DNA of 64,000 nt from an uncultured Gemmatimonadales bacterium (GCA_963730185.1 CAVSQW010000006.1:320001-384000), one strand, 5' to 3'; positions 40,510 to 50,841 are shown, counted from the first letter of the stretch. Notes: generated by a model from the sequence alone, not told the origin. A program made the numbers and translations.

Positions 40510-41151
40510 ATGTTTCCCGTCAGGGAGGTACCCGGTCGCCGCCAGGGCTGGTATTACCGACTCCAGGCCTGGGCGCTGGCCCGCGGGAGCCACTACTACG
40601 AGGGCCGGGTCGACCCGTACAAGCGGCGGCTGTTCGGCCCGCTCCGCGGGCGGGTGATCGAGATCGGACCCGGGGCCGGCGCCAGCTTTGCCTACCTCGA
40701 CCCGAGCGTCCGCTGGCTCGGGATCGAGCCGAACCTCCACAACCATCCGCACCTCGTCCGCCGCGCGGCCGAGCGAGGGCTCACGATCGAGTTGCAGGCG
40801 GGGTTGGCCGATCGGCTGCCGGCCGCCGACGGCGCGGTCGATCACGTCATCTCGAGTCTGGTGCTCTGCACCGTCCCCGATCCCCCGGCCGTACTCGCGG
40901 AAATCCGCCGGGTGCTCCGGCCCGGCGGCACCCTGGTCTTCCTCGAGCACGTCGTGGCCCACGACGCGGGGCGGGCCGGCCGACAGCGATGGATCAAGCC
41001 CCTCTGGCGACGGCTGATGGACGGCTGCGAGCCGGATCGCGACACCGAGGCCGTCATCCGCGGCGCCGGGTTTCGGGCGGTGGAGGTCGAACGATTCGAC
41101 GTCCGGGTCCCCATTGCCGGGCCGCACATCGCGGGTCGGGCGATCGCCTGA
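40510..41151 (+). CDS. Class I SAM-dependent methyltransferase
   Basis: EIGPGAG, GIEPN, LVLCTVPD, LRPGG, FLEHV. Confidence 0.85.
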   Translation: MFPVREVPGRRQGWYYRLQAWALARGSHYYEGRVDPYKRRLFGPLRGRVIEIGPGAGASFAYLDPSVRWLGIEPNLHNHPHLVRRAAERGLTIELQAGLADRLPAADGAVDHVISSLVLCTVPDPPAVLAEIRRVLRPGGTLVFLEHVVAHDAGRAGRQRWIKPLWRRLMDGCEPDRDTEAVIRGAGFRAVEVERFDVRVPIAGPHIAGRAIA

Positions 41152-41193
41152 GGCGGGGGTTAGTATTCGGCCGAACCCGAACCCTTTCGTCGC

Positions 41194-42528
41194 ATGCGGA
41201 CCTCGATCTCAGCCCTGCTCCTCACGGGCCTCGCGCTCCTCGCCACCGCCCGGAACGCCGCCGGCCAATCGCTCACCGACCGGGAAGCGCGGATCCGTGG
41301 GGCCGTGAGCCACGGCTACGAGCCGGCCATCGGCCTGCTCGAGCGCTCGGTGAACATCGGAAGCGGCACCCTCAACCTCGAGGGCGTCCGCGCCGTGGGC
41401 CGGCTCTTCCAAGCGCAGCTCGACTCGCTGGGCTTCACCACCCGCTGGCTCGACCTCCCACCCGAGCTCAAGCGGGCGGGCCACCTGCTCGCGGAGCGTC
41501 ACGGCGCCAAGGCCGATCCGGCCGGCAAGCGGCTGCTCCTGATCGGCCACCTCGATACCGTTTTCGAAGGACCGGGACAGCGATTCGCCCGCCGGGACAC
41601 GGTGGCCCGCGGTGCCGGAACCTCCGACATGAAGGGCGGCGACGTCGCCATCGTCCTCGCCCTCCGCGCCTTGGCAACCGTCGGTGCCTTGGACGAGATG
41701 GACGTCACCGTGGTGATGACCGGCGACGAGGAGAGCCCCGGCCGCCCGGTCGAGGCCACCCGCCGGCCCCTGGTCGAGGCCGCCCGCCAGGCCGACGTGG
41801 CCCTGGCGTTCGAGGGGGGCGACGCCCGGACCGCCACCATCTCCCGGCGGGGCTCGAGCAGCTGGATCCTCACGGTCACGGGCCGGCAATCGCACTCGTC
41901 CGGGATCTTCCGGCCGGGTGCGGGTTACGGCGCGATCTTCGAAGCCGCCCGGATCCTCGACGGGTTCCGCGACCACCTGGCCGGCCAGCCCTACCTGACC
42001 TTCAACCCGGGCGCGATCGTCGGCGGGACCGAGGTGAGCTTCGACAGCACGGCGGTGAGCGGCCAGACCGCCGGCAAGACCAACATCATCGCCCGTTCCG
42101 CCGTGGTCGAGGGCGACCTCCGCTTCCTGACCGAATCGCAGAAGGACTCGGCCCGGGCCGTGATGCGCGCCGTCGTGTCCGACAACCTCCCCGGGACCAG
42201 TGCTCGGATCACCTTCGAAGACAGCTATCCCGGTATGCCCCCGACCGACGGCGCCCGGGCCCTATTGCGGGTGTTCGACGGCGTCAGCCAGGCGCTGGGC
42301 TACCCCGCGATCGAGCCGCTCCCGCCCGACCGGCGCGGGGCGGGCGACGTCGCCTTCGTCGGGACGATCATCCCCGGCCTCGACGGCCTGGGCGTCACCG
42401 GCTTCGGCGCCCACAGTCCGGAGGAAGGCGTCTACCTGCCCTCGCTCCGGATGGCGGCCGAGCGGGCCGCCGTGCTGATGGCGCGGCTGGCCCGGATCAA
42501 GGGAGCCGGCGGGGCAGCCCAGCCCTGA
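41194..42528 (+). CDS. Secreted M20 metallopeptidase (carboxypeptidase G2-like)
   Basis: Signal peptide; GHLDTVF, DMKGG, GDEE, GAHS. Confidence 0.88.
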   Translation: MRTSISALLLTGLALLATARNAAGQSLTDREARIRGAVSHGYEPAIGLLERSVNIGSGTLNLEGVRAVGRLFQAQLDSLGFTTRWLDLPPELKRAGHLLAERHGAKADPAGKRLLLIGHLDTVFEGPGQRFARRDTVARGAGTSDMKGGDVAIVLALRALATVGALDEMDVTVVMTGDEESPGRPVEATRRPLVEAARQADVALAFEGGDARTATISRRGSSSWILTVTGRQSHSSGIFRPGAGYGAIFEAARILDGFRDHLAGQPYLTFNPGAIVGGTEVSFDSTAVSGQTAGKTNIIARSAVVEGDLRFLTESQKDSARAVMRAVVSDNLPGTSARITFEDSYPGMPPTDGARALLRVFDGVSQALGYPAIEPLPPDRRGAGDVAFVGTIIPGLDGLGVTGFGAHSPEEGVYLPSLRMAAERAAVLMARLARIKGAGGAAQP

Positions 42529-42532
42529 CGCC

Positions 42533-43696
42533 TCAGTATCTCGGGATCGACGGGTCGACCTCGGCGCTCCACGCCGTGATCCCGCCAGCCAGGTTCCAAA
42601 CCCGGGTGAATCCTTCCAGCGCCAGCAGCGCCACCGCCTGGGCGCTCCGCGCGCCCCCCTTGCAGTAGATCACGATGTCCTGATCGCGGGGCAGCGAGGG
42701 GATCGTCTCGGGAAAGTCCGCCAACGGGACCAGCCGGGCCGGCCCGAGGTGCCCGATCGCCCACTCGAAGGGCTCCCGGACGTCGATCAGGAGCGGATCG
42801 TCGCCCCGCTCGATCCGCCGGGCCAGCTCGCGGACCGAGAGCTCCTGGAGGGTCGGCCCGGTCGCGGGGGTGTCGCAGGCCACCTCGACCTCGCACAGCT
42901 CCAGGATTTCCCGGGTGCCGCAGGCCGGGCAGGCCGGATCCTTCCGGATCTTCACCTTCCGGAACTCGGCTCCTAACGCGTCGACCAGCAGCAGCTCGCC
43001 GATCAGCGGCCGGCCGATCCCGAGCAGGAGCTTGAGCGCCTCGGTCGCCTGGATCGTCCCCACCAGCCCCGGCAACACACCCAGCACCCCGCCCTCGGCG
43101 CAGTTCGGCACCGCGCCCGCCGGCGGCGGGTTCCGGAAGAGGCAGCGGTAGCACGGCCCCTCCTCCGTCGCGAACACCGACGCCTGGCCCTCGAAGCGGA
43201 AGATGCTCCCGTACGCGTTCGGCACGCCCAGGATCACGCAGGCGTCGTTGACCAAATAGCGGGTCCCGAAGTTGTCGGTCCCGTCGACCACGACGTCGTA
43301 TCCATGGATGATCTCCAGCGCGTTCTCCGCCGAGAGCCGGGTGTCGTATCGCTCCACCTTCACGTGCGGGTTCAGATCCTTGAGCCGGGCTTCGGCCGAA
43401 TCCAGCTTCGAGGTCCCCACCGTGCTGGTGCCGTGGAGGATCTGCCGCTGGAGATTGGTCTCGTCCACCCGGTCGAAGTCCACGAGGCCGAGATGGCCCA
43501 CCCCGGCGGCGGCCAGGTAGAGCGCCACCGGCGAGCCCAACCCGCCGGCGCCGACGATCAGCACCCGGCTCTGCTTGAGCCGGCGCTGACCGTCGATCCC
43601 GACGTCGGGGAGGATCAGGTGCCGGCTGTAGCGAAGCAGCTCGGCGTTGGAGAGCGACGGCGCGGCGTCGATGATCGCGGTGCCCATGGCGCTCAC
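42533..43696 (-). CDS. MoeB/ThiF adenylyltransferase-rhodanese fusion (MoeZ-like)
   Basis: RYSRH, GAGGLG, TNLQRQ, CYRC, CPAC; rhodanese DVRE...YCKGGARS. Confidence 0.92.
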   Translation of the reverse strand: MSAMGTAIIDAAPSLSNAELLRYSRHLILPDVGIDGQRRLKQSRVLIVGAGGLGSPVALYLAAAGVGHLGLVDFDRVDETNLQRQILHGTSTVGTSKLDSAEARLKDLNPHVKVERYDTRLSAENALEIIHGYDVVVDGTDNFGTRYLVNDACVILGVPNAYGSIFRFEGQASVFATEEGPCYRCLFRNPPPAGAVPNCAEGGVLGVLPGLVGTIQATEALKLLLGIGRPLIGELLLVDALGAEFRKVKIRKDPACPACGTREILELCEVEVACDTPATGPTLQELSVRELARRIERGDDPLLIDVREPFEWAIGHLGPARLVPLADFPETIPSLPRDQDIVIYCKGGARSAQAVALLALEGFTRVWNLAGGITAWSAEVDPSIPRY

Positions 43697-43968
43697 CCTC
43701 CGGCGATGGCGGGCACGAGGCTCAGCTCGTCGCCATCGGTCACGGGCGCGCCGGTCCCACCCAGGAACCGGACGTCCTCGTCGTTCAGGTAAATGGTGAC
43801 GAACGGGTTGCGATCGTCGGTGGCTTCGGTCAGACGCTGGCCCAGCTCGGGATGCCTGGCGCCGAGCTCGGCCAGCACGTCGCCGACGGTGCCGCCGGCG
43901 AGCGAGAGGGCTCGGACGCCGCCGGCATAGCGACTCAGGATGCTCGGGAGACGAACGGTCACGGCCAT
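43693..43968 (-). CDS. Ubiquitin-like sulfur carrier (MoaD/ThiS/CysO family)
   Basis: 91 aa ending AIAGG; YLNDEDVRFL. Confidence 0.9.
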   Translation of the reverse strand: MAVTVRLPSILSRYAGGVRALSLAGGTVGDVLAELGARHPELGQRLTEATDDRNPFVTIYLNDEDVRFLGGTGAPVTDGDELSLVPAIAGG

Positions 43969-43992
43969 GATGCGATTCCTTTCAAAGACAGG

Positions 43993-45240
43993 TCAGGCGG
44001 CGTCGACCAACGAGACGACCTCGCGGAGCCGCGGGTTGACGATGGGAAGGTCGGCGGCGGCGCCGGCGACCAGGTCCGGGGTCTTGAGACCATGAGCGGT
44101 GATGCAGAGCACCACCTCGTCGGCCGGGCCCAGCCGCTTCCGCTCGGCCAGGGCCAGGGCGGCGGCGGTGGTCACCCCGCCGGCCGACTCCGTGAAGATG
44201 CCGGTCGTCTCGGCCAGCACCCGGACACCGGCGACGATTTGGGGATCGGTCACGGCCGCGCCGCCACCCAACGAATCGCGGATGGCACGCACCGCCCGGG
44301 GGCCGTCGGCGGGGTTGCCGATCGCGAGCGACCGGGCCACGGTGTTCGGCGTGACCGGCACGATCCGGCCATCCTCTCGACCGAGGGCGTCGATGATCGG
44401 TGAGCATCCCGACGCCTGCGCCCCGAAGAGCCGCGGCGGCGGATCGTTCACCAGACCGTCGTGGATGAATTCCCGGAAGCCCTTGGCCAGCTTGGTCAGA
44501 AGCGACCCGCCCGCCATCGGCGCCACCACGGCCGTGGGCAGGCGCCAACCGAGCTGCTCGGCGATCTCGAACGCCACCGTCTTCGAGCCCTCGGCGTAGT
44601 AGGCCCGGAGATTCACGTTGGCGATCCCCCACGAGAACCGATCGGCCAGCTGCACGCAGAGCCGGTTTACGTCGTCGTAGGTACCGCGGACCCGGATCAC
44701 CCGAGCGCCGTGGATCGCGCTCGCCAGGATCTTGCCGGGCTCGAGATCTTCGGGAATCAGGATCCAGGCAGGCAGCCCGGCTCGGGCCGCCTGGGCGGCG
44801 ACCGCGTTGGCCAGGTTGCCGGTGGAAGCGCAGGCCAGGGTCTCGCAGCCGAGTCCGACGGCCGCGTTGATCGCGCTCGCCACCACCCGGTCCTTGAACG
44901 AAAGCGAGGGATGGGAGACGGTGTCGTTCTTGATCCAACAGCGCGCTACGCCGAGACGCTCGGCCAGCGCTGGCGCCTCGACCAGCGGCGTGAACCCGGT
45001 GTCGAACGAGTGGACCGGCGAGCCCGCGAACGGCAGCCATTCCCGATAGCGCCAGAGCGAGGGCCAGCGGGTGGCGATCTCGGCCCGGTCGGGGCGGGGT
45101 CGGTCACGGGGGTAGATCGGCTCGAGCGGCCCGAAGCACTCGCCGCAGATGGCCTGTGGGAGCGGTGGGTACTCGGTTCCGCAGTGGCCGCAACGGAGCG
45201 GCAGCGGCTCGGTGGTCGCCGGGAGCGACGCGACGGTCAT
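43993..45240 (-). CDS. Threonine synthase-like PLP enzyme with N-terminal Zn ribbon
   Basis: CGHC..CGEC, SLWRY, SFKDR (PLP Lys), ASTGN, EGSKT, SLAIGNP. Confidence 0.88.
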   Translation of the reverse strand: MTVASLPATTEPLPLRCGHCGTEYPPLPQAICGECFGPLEPIYPRDRPRPDRAEIATRWPSLWRYREWLPFAGSPVHSFDTGFTPLVEAPALAERLGVARCWIKNDTVSHPSLSFKDRVVASAINAAVGLGCETLACASTGNLANAVAAQAARAGLPAWILIPEDLEPGKILASAIHGARVIRVRGTYDDVNRLCVQLADRFSWGIANVNLRAYYAEGSKTVAFEIAEQLGWRLPTAVVAPMAGGSLLTKLAKGFREFIHDGLVNDPPPRLFGAQASGCSPIIDALGREDGRIVPVTPNTVARSLAIGNPADGPRAVRAIRDSLGGGAAVTDPQIVAGVRVLAETTGIFTESAGGVTTAAALALAERKRLGPADEVVLCITAHGLKTPDLVAGAAADLPIVNPRLREVVSLVDAA

Positions 45241-45291
45241 GGGGTCTTCTCTTTCCGCCGCGCGCTCGGATCATCCTGGGGCCCGAACGCG

Positions 45292-45324
45292 AAAAACGTC
45301 CGGTGCCAAGAAGACACGCAGACG
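45292..45324 (-). terminator. Intrinsic terminator-like hairpin downstream of the riboswitch
   Basis: CGTCTGCGTGTC-TTCTT-GGCACCGGACG followed by TTTTT on the minus strand. Confidence 0.6.
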
Positions 45325-45330
45325 CGTGGC

Positions 45331-45379
45331 TTTTTAGCGGTTGATTTACGTGGCCGCAATACGCCTCAAATCGCCACGA
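45331..45379 (-). ncRNA. SAM-II (SAM_alpha/SAM-V-like) riboswitch aptamer
   Basis: UCGUGGCGAUUUGAGGCGUAUUGCGGCCACGUAAAUCAACCGCUAAAAA has the P1 CGUGGC/GCCACG, GAUUU, UUGC and GCUAAA hallmarks; AT-rich island in the leader. Confidence 0.8.
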
Positions 45380-45502
45380 GCTTCAGTTGTCGGGACCCAA
45401 AGTATGGACCCGACCCGGAACACGCAAGGCCCGGCTCCCGATTGCTTGAGATCCGGCCGTCACCACGGCAGCTTATCGACGACGCCCCGTCCCCGAGTGC
45501 CC

Positions 45503-46384
45503 GTGCCCGAGCTGCCCGACATCGTCACCTACGTGGAAGCCCTCGGCGAGCGGATCGTCGGGGCGCGGCTCGAGGACGTCCGGCTCAAGAGTCCGTTCCT
45601 GCTCCGGAGCTTCGATCCGCCCCTCGCCGGGGCGAAGGGACGGGTGGTCCGGAAGATCGATCGGATCGGCAAGCGGATCGTCATCGGGTTCGAAGACGAG
45701 CTCTGGCTGGTGATTCACCTGATGATCGCCGGCCGCTTTCACTGGAAACGGCCGGCCGCCAAGCTCGGCTCGAAGATCAACCTGGCGGCCTTCGACTTCG
45801 CGGCGGGGACGCTGCTGCTCACCGAGGCCGGCTCCAAGAAGCGAGCCTCGCTCCACGTGGTCGGCGCTCGTGCCGAGCTGGAGCAGTTCCGCCGGGGCGG
45901 CATCGACGTGCGGAGCGCCACCGCGGCCCAGTTCGCCGAGCGGCTCCGGGTCGAGAATCACACGGTGAAACGATCGCTCACCGACCCGCGCTTCTTCGAC
46001 GGGATCGGCAACGCCTACTCCGACGAGATCCTCCACGCGGCGCGGCTCTCGCCGCTCAAGCTCACCAGCAAGCTCACCGACGACGAGATCGCCGCCCTCC
46101 GGACCGCCGCCGTCCGGACCCTCGACGCCTGGATCGTCCGGCTCCGCGAACAGCGATCCGGTGCCTTCCCCGAGAAGGTCACCGCCTTCCGCCCCGAGAT
46201 GGCGGTCCACGGCAGGTTCGGCCAGCCCTGCCCCGACTGCGGCGCCCCGGTGCAGCGGATTCGCTACGCGGACAACGAGACCAACTACTGCGCCCGCTGC
46301 CAGACCGGCGGGCGGCTCCTGGCGGACCGGGCGATGTCCCGCCTGCTCCGCGACGACTGGCCCCGGTCGCTCGATGAGCTCTGA
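45503..46384 (+). CDS. Fpg/Nei-family DNA glycosylase
   Basis: N-terminal [20 protein letters not shown], zinc finger CPDC...CARC. Confidence 0.92.
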   Translation: MPELPDIVTYVEALGERIVGARLEDVRLKSPFLLRSFDPPLAGAKGRVVRKIDRIGKRIVIGFEDELWLVIHLMIAGRFHWKRPAAKLGSKINLAAFDFAAGTLLLTEAGSKKRASLHVVGARAELEQFRRGGIDVRSATAAQFAERLRVENHTVKRSLTDPRFFDGIGNAYSDEILHAARLSPLKLTSKLTDDEIAALRTAAVRTLDAWIVRLREQRSGAFPEKVTAFRPEMAVHGRFGQPCPDCGAPVQRIRYADNETNYCARCQTGGRLLADRAMSRLLRDDWPRSLDEL

Positions 46385-46427
46385 CCCCGCTCGCCGACCC
46401 CGCCACCCGGGCCGGGCCGAGGCGTCG

Positions 46428-47087
46428 GTGATCGATGCCAAGACGCCGGTCGAACCCGCCACCCTCCGACGGCTCGACCGCCGGAGTCTCGCGGTCGGGG
46501 CCCGCGCGCTCGCGGCTCGCGACCCGGATCTGGGGCGTCTGCTCCGCACCCATGGCACGCCGCCGCTGTGGGGTCGGCGCCCCGGCTTCCCGACCCTGAT
46601 CCGAATCATCATCGAGCAACAGGTCTCGCTGGCGGCGGCCCGGACCATGTACCGGCGGCTGACCGAGCGATTGGGCGGCATGGATCCGGAGCGGGTGGCG
46701 GCGGCCGGCAGCGACCGGCTCCGGTCCTGGGGGCTCACCCGTCAGAAGGCTGCCTATTGCCATGGCCTGGCGGAGCGGGTGCTCGGTGGCCTCGACCTCG
46801 GACGGGTGGCCCGGGCCGGCGACGCCGACGGTCGCGCGCTCCTGCTCGGGGTGCCGGGCCTCGGACCCTGGAGCGTCGATATCTACTTCCTGATGGCGCT
46901 TCGGCGGCCGGACGTCTGGCCGACCGGCGACCTGGCTCTCGCGCAAGCCTTGTTCGAGATCAAGGGGGGGCGACGGTTACCGTCGCGGGAGCGGCAGGCG
47001 GCCCTGGCCCGAGCGTGGGCGCCTTGGCGATCAGTGGCGGCCCGGCTCCTCTGGTGCCACTACCTAGCGACTCGCAGCCGTACCTGA
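46428..47087 (+). CDS. DNA-3-methyladenine glycosylase II (AlkA family)
   Basis: IIEQQVS, HhH GLGPWS, DVWPTGD, WAPWRS. Confidence 0.88.
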   Translation: MIDAKTPVEPATLRRLDRRSLAVGARALAARDPDLGRLLRTHGTPPLWGRRPGFPTLIRIIIEQQVSLAAARTMYRRLTERLGGMDPERVAAAGSDRLRSWGLTRQKAAYCHGLAERVLGGLDLGRVARAGDADGRALLLGVPGLGPWSVDIYFLMALRRPDVWPTGDLALAQALFEIKGGRRLPSRERQAALARAWAPWRSVAARLLWCHYLATRSRT

Positions 47088-47104
47088 GTGGCAAAATCGA
47101 CGCC

Positions 47105-48217
47105 TCAGGCTGCGCCGGAGAGCGCCTCGTCCTCGATCGTCAGCCCGTCACCCAGCCGCTTGAGCATCCGCCAGTGCGATCGAATCGCGCTCCAGAGGGT
47201 CAGGTGCTCGTGGTACGGCATGCCGTGGGTCTCGGCGATCGAGCGGACGATCTCCGAGATGGCGGGATAGTGGATGCTGCAGACCTTGGGAAAGAGATGA
47301 TGCTCCACCTGGTAGTTCAGGCCGCCGACATACCACGTCAGCAGCCGATTCCGACGGGCGAAGTTCGCCGTGGTCTCCATCTCGTGCACCAGCCAGGCCT
47401 GCTCCATCGTGCCGGCCGGATCGGGCACCGGAAAGGCCGTCTCCTCGACCACGTGCGCCAGTTGGAATACCACCCCGAGAATCACCCCCGCCGTCAGATG
47501 CATCGCCACCCAGCCCAACGTCACCTGCCACCAGGGCAGGTCGAGCACCAGGATCGGGACGACCAGCGACCACGCGTAGTAGAAAACCTTGGTTCCCAGC
47601 ATGAACACGACGTGCTTGAGCGGCGGGCGGCGGCTGCCGGTCGGGCACCCCTTCCGGGAGAAGAAGTAGACGTAGTCCTTGGCCAGCACCCAGGAGAGCG
47701 TGGCCAGGCTGTAGGCGCCAAGCGCGTACCAGGCCTGCCAGCGGTGGATCGGCCGGTAGGGAGACCGGGGCGAGAGCCTGAGGTACGGCGAGACCTCGAG
47801 GTCGCCGTCAACGCCCTGGATGTTGGTGTAGGTATGGTGGAGAACGTTATGCGTCGTCTTCCACATGTACCCGTTGGCGCCGAGCACGTCGAAGGAATAC
47901 CCCAGCAGCCGGTTGATCCAGGGCGACTCCGCGTAGGCTCCATGTAAGGCGTCGTGCGCGACCGCGAAGCCGATGCCCGCGGCGCCGACACCCATCGTCA
48001 TGGCAAGGAGCAACATCACCAGGGGCGAGAATCCTCCCAACAGGATCGCCGCGTACGACCCGAAGCAGAGGACGAACAGCGTCAGGGTCTTGGCCACCAT
48101 CCGCCAGTCGCCTTTGGTGCGGCCGCCGCGGGCCTCGAAATAGGCCGCGACTTCTGCCTTGATCTCGGCAATGAACTGAGCCGGGTTGCGATTGGGAAAG
48201 CGAACCTTCGTCGTCAT
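47105..48217 (-). CDS. Membrane fatty acid desaturase
   Basis: His boxes HDALH, HNVLHH, QVEHHLFP. Confidence 0.9.
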   Translation of the reverse strand: MTTKVRFPNRNPAQFIAEIKAEVAAYFEARGGRTKGDWRMVAKTLTLFVLCFGSYAAILLGGFSPLVMLLLAMTMGVGAAGIGFAVAHDALHGAYAESPWINRLLGYSFDVLGANGYMWKTTHNVLHHTYTNIQGVDGDLEVSPYLRLSPRSPYRPIHRWQAWYALGAYSLATLSWVLAKDYVYFFSRKGCPTGSRRPPLKHVVFMLGTKVFYYAWSLVVPILVLDLPWWQVTLGWVAMHLTAGVILGVVFQLAHVVEETAFPVPDPAGTMEQAWLVHEMETTANFARRNRLLTWYVGGLNYQVEHHLFPKVCSIHYPAISEIVRSIAETHGMPYHEHLTLWSAIRSHWRMLKRLGDGLTIEDEALSGAA

Positions 48218-48429
48218 GCACACGCTCCAGACGAAGAACACCGGCCTCCGAAGAGGCCCAACGCCTGCGTGAAGGGGATCTAGGCATCAGGGAGTTCTGC
48301 GATGCTCAAAGGTAACACCGCGCCCGCCCCGGACCCTGACCGGCTTCCCGAAGCGAGCCCGCATTCATCGTGCCGTCATGGGTGAAGGGGTGTTCAGTCT
48401 GGGCCGGCCGACTTCCGGACCGACCATCC

Positions 48430-48645
48430 GGCGCCGCGGTCAACCGCACGATCGAGACCCGGACCGGACGTCAGGTGTCCCTCGGCGCCATCTACACTGG
48501 CCTGGACCGCCTCGAGACTCGGCGGTTCGTGAAGTCTCGAATCGGCGAGCCAACCCCCGAACGGGGCGGTCGACGGAAGAAGCTTTGCCGAGTCACCCCG
48601 GCCGGAGCCCGGGCACTCCGCCGGTCGGTCGACGTTTTGCGGCCG
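48430..48645 (+). pseudogene. PadR-family regulator fragment
   Basis: IETRTGRQVSLGAIYTGLDRLE...PERGGRRKK..VTPAG; N-terminus degraded. Confidence 0.65.
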
Positions 48646-48686
48646 CTCCCACCCGGAGGGCGCGTGAGCGGGCTCGTTCGGAACAC

Positions 48687-49505
48687 CTACCGCGGCCCGA
48701 GTCCGATCTCGGCGCCCACGGCGAGGTGCCTCAGCTGGCGGGTGGTGGTGGAGGCGAACGGCTCGGCGGTCGGCCGCCCGGGCGCGTAGTGATAGCGCAC
48801 CGTCGCGAACACCCGCCAGGCTCCACCCGGATCTCCCACCGCGACGCCCACCGCGCCGGCCACGCCCACGTAGTGATCGGTGAGTGTCTCCTCCGAGTAG
48901 GTGCACTCGGGGACGCCGGGCGCGCAGTGTCCCACGATTGCCGGGTGCCGCCAGCCGTACCGGCCGACGCCGAGCTCCAAGAAGGGACGGATCGCGCCCC
49001 GGGCCGGGTCGATCCGGCCCGCCAGCCCCACGCTCGAAACCCGCCAGCCGCCGCCCGACAGCCACTCCGCCGAGGGGCCGACCAGCAACCCGCCCCGCCG
49101 GAGTCCGACCAGCATCCGGCCGCCGTACATGGTCTGGTCCAGCGAGTTCCATTCGCCCCGGGCTGCCGATCCATCCACCAGCGCGGCGAGGTGAAACCGC
49201 CCGTCCGATTCTGAGGCCCGGCTGGTGGGATCGGCCGGGAACAAGGCGCCAAACGCGGCCCCCAACCCTGCCCCCGCGAATCCACCCAGCACCGCGCCGG
49301 TCACCGCGCCGTCGACCCACTCGAGCGAGCAGTCCGCCGCGTCGCAGAGACCCTGGGCGAGGACGGCCCCGACCCCACCCGTGACCGTCGCGCCGATCAC
49401 CCCACCCACCAGGGCCCCCGATCGGGCCCGGGTCTGCGCCGCGGCCGGGACCGCCGTGGCGGTGGCCCACGCCATCAGCGCCAGCACCGTTCGTCGTCGC
49501 CTCAT
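48687..49505 (-). CDS. Hypothetical exported protein (Gly-zipper region + possible beta-barrel)
   Basis: Signal peptide ending AAA-Q; GALVGGVIG/GAVLGG repeats; alternating beta-strand C-terminal half. Confidence 0.55.
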   Translation of the reverse strand: MRRRRTVLALMAWATATAVPAAAQTRARSGALVGGVIGATVTGGVGAVLAQGLCDAADCSLEWVDGAVTGAVLGGFAGAGLGAAFGALFPADPTSRASESDGRFHLAALVDGSAARGEWNSLDQTMYGGRMLVGLRRGGLLVGPSAEWLSGGGWRVSSVGLAGRIDPARGAIRPFLELGVGRYGWRHPAIVGHCAPGVPECTYSEETLTDHYVGVAGAVGVAVGDPGGAWRVFATVRYHYAPGRPTAEPFASTTTRQLRHLAVGAEIGLGPR

Positions 49506-49609
49506 CGCTCGCCCCTTCAGAAGACGAGCGAAAGATCGACCCGTCCCGTGACCGAGGCGTGACCCGGGACTCGGCCTGAACCAATCCACACGCCGGCTGC
49601 ACCGCGGCT

Positions 49610-50650
49610 TCAGAACGTCCCGGCGTTCACGTCCCGGACGAACTTGATCACCCCGTCGAACCAGGTCTGCTGGTCGTCGTAGAGCGCCAGGTGACTGCCC
49701 TTCGGACAGTAGAGGTAACGTCCCTTGGGGAACTGCCCCGCCATCCACTCCATGTGCTTCGGATCCATGGTGTCGTATCGAGCCCCGATCACCAGCGTGG
49801 GCACCGTGATCTGGGACAGGTCCTTGGTCCGATCCCAATGCACCAGCTTCCCGCTGGCGCCGAGCTCGCTCGGCCCCTGCATCGGGATGTAGACGGCCGG
49901 GTTCATGTGCTTGAACGCCCGATTCACCGGATCGGGCCACTGACTTGCAGGCATCCGGAGCAGGTGGAGCTCGTAGTGATTGGGAATCAGCAGCTCCATG
50001 TAGCGCGGATTGTCGTAGTCCTTCTTGGCCTCGAGCGCCTTGATCTCCGCCAGCACCTTCGGATCCATCGCTGGCATGAGGACCTTCTCGGCGTAATCGA
50101 CGTAGGCCGGGATGCTGGCCATCATGTTCGAGATGATCAGGCCCTTCAGGTGCTGCTGGTACTTGAGGGCGTATTCGATCGCCAGCAGGCCGCCCCACGA
50201 CTGCCCCAGGAGATAGAAGTTGTCGGGCCCGAGGCCGAGCGCGGTGCGGACCTGCTCCACCTCGTCGACGAACCGGTCCAGATTCACCAGTGAGGTGTCG
50301 GTCGGCTGATCGCTGTAGTAGGAGCCCAGCTGATCGTAGTAGTAGTACTCGATCCCCGCGCCCGGAAAGTAGCTGTCGACCGCCTCGAAGTACTCGTGGG
50401 TGAGCCCCGGCCCGCCGTGAAGGAGCAGCACCTTGATCTTCGGATTGTTGCCGATCCGCTTGGTCCAGACCCTGAAGGTGCCCTTGGGGGTGGTGATCGG
50501 GATCATCTTGACGCCGCCCGAGAGGACATCGTCGTGACCGGTGTTGTCGTAGTAGCTGCTCGGCGGGATGGAACTGGCGGCCGGAGTGCCGGGCTGGGCG
50601 CAGGCGAGCGCCGCGAGCGACGCCGCGGCCAAGGCGATGGTGGTCCTCAT
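49610..50650 (-). CDS. Proline iminopeptidase-family hydrolase, lipoprotein
   Basis: LHGGPG, YDQLGS, GQSWGG, YDTMDP, GSH; lipobox ALAC. Confidence 0.9.
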   Translation of the reverse strand: MRTTIALAAASLAALACAQPGTPAASSIPPSSYYDNTGHDDVLSGGVKMIPITTPKGTFRVWTKRIGNNPKIKVLLLHGGPGLTHEYFEAVDSYFPGAGIEYYYYDQLGSYYSDQPTDTSLVNLDRFVDEVEQVRTALGLGPDNFYLLGQSWGGLLAIEYALKYQQHLKGLIISNMMASIPAYVDYAEKVLMPAMDPKVLAEIKALEAKKDYDNPRYMELLIPNHYELHLLRMPASQWPDPVNRAFKHMNPAVYIPMQGPSELGASGKLVHWDRTKDLSQITVPTLVIGARYDTMDPKHMEWMAGQFPKGRYLYCPKGSHLALYDDQQTWFDGVIKFVRDVNAGTF

Positions 50651-50841
50651 GAAACGGGCTCCGGAGGGTGAGGAGGTGACTGGACTGGCTCGAGGAATGT
50701 ACCTCGCGCGGTTCCGTTCCGGAGCGCCGGTTGCCGTGCCGGGGGCGGCCGGTAACTTCCCGGCGTCGGGACAGCGTCCCCGGACACGCGACGCCCGCGC
50801 GTCTGGTCGTCGCGCCGTTCCATTCGAGCCGGGAGACCGCC

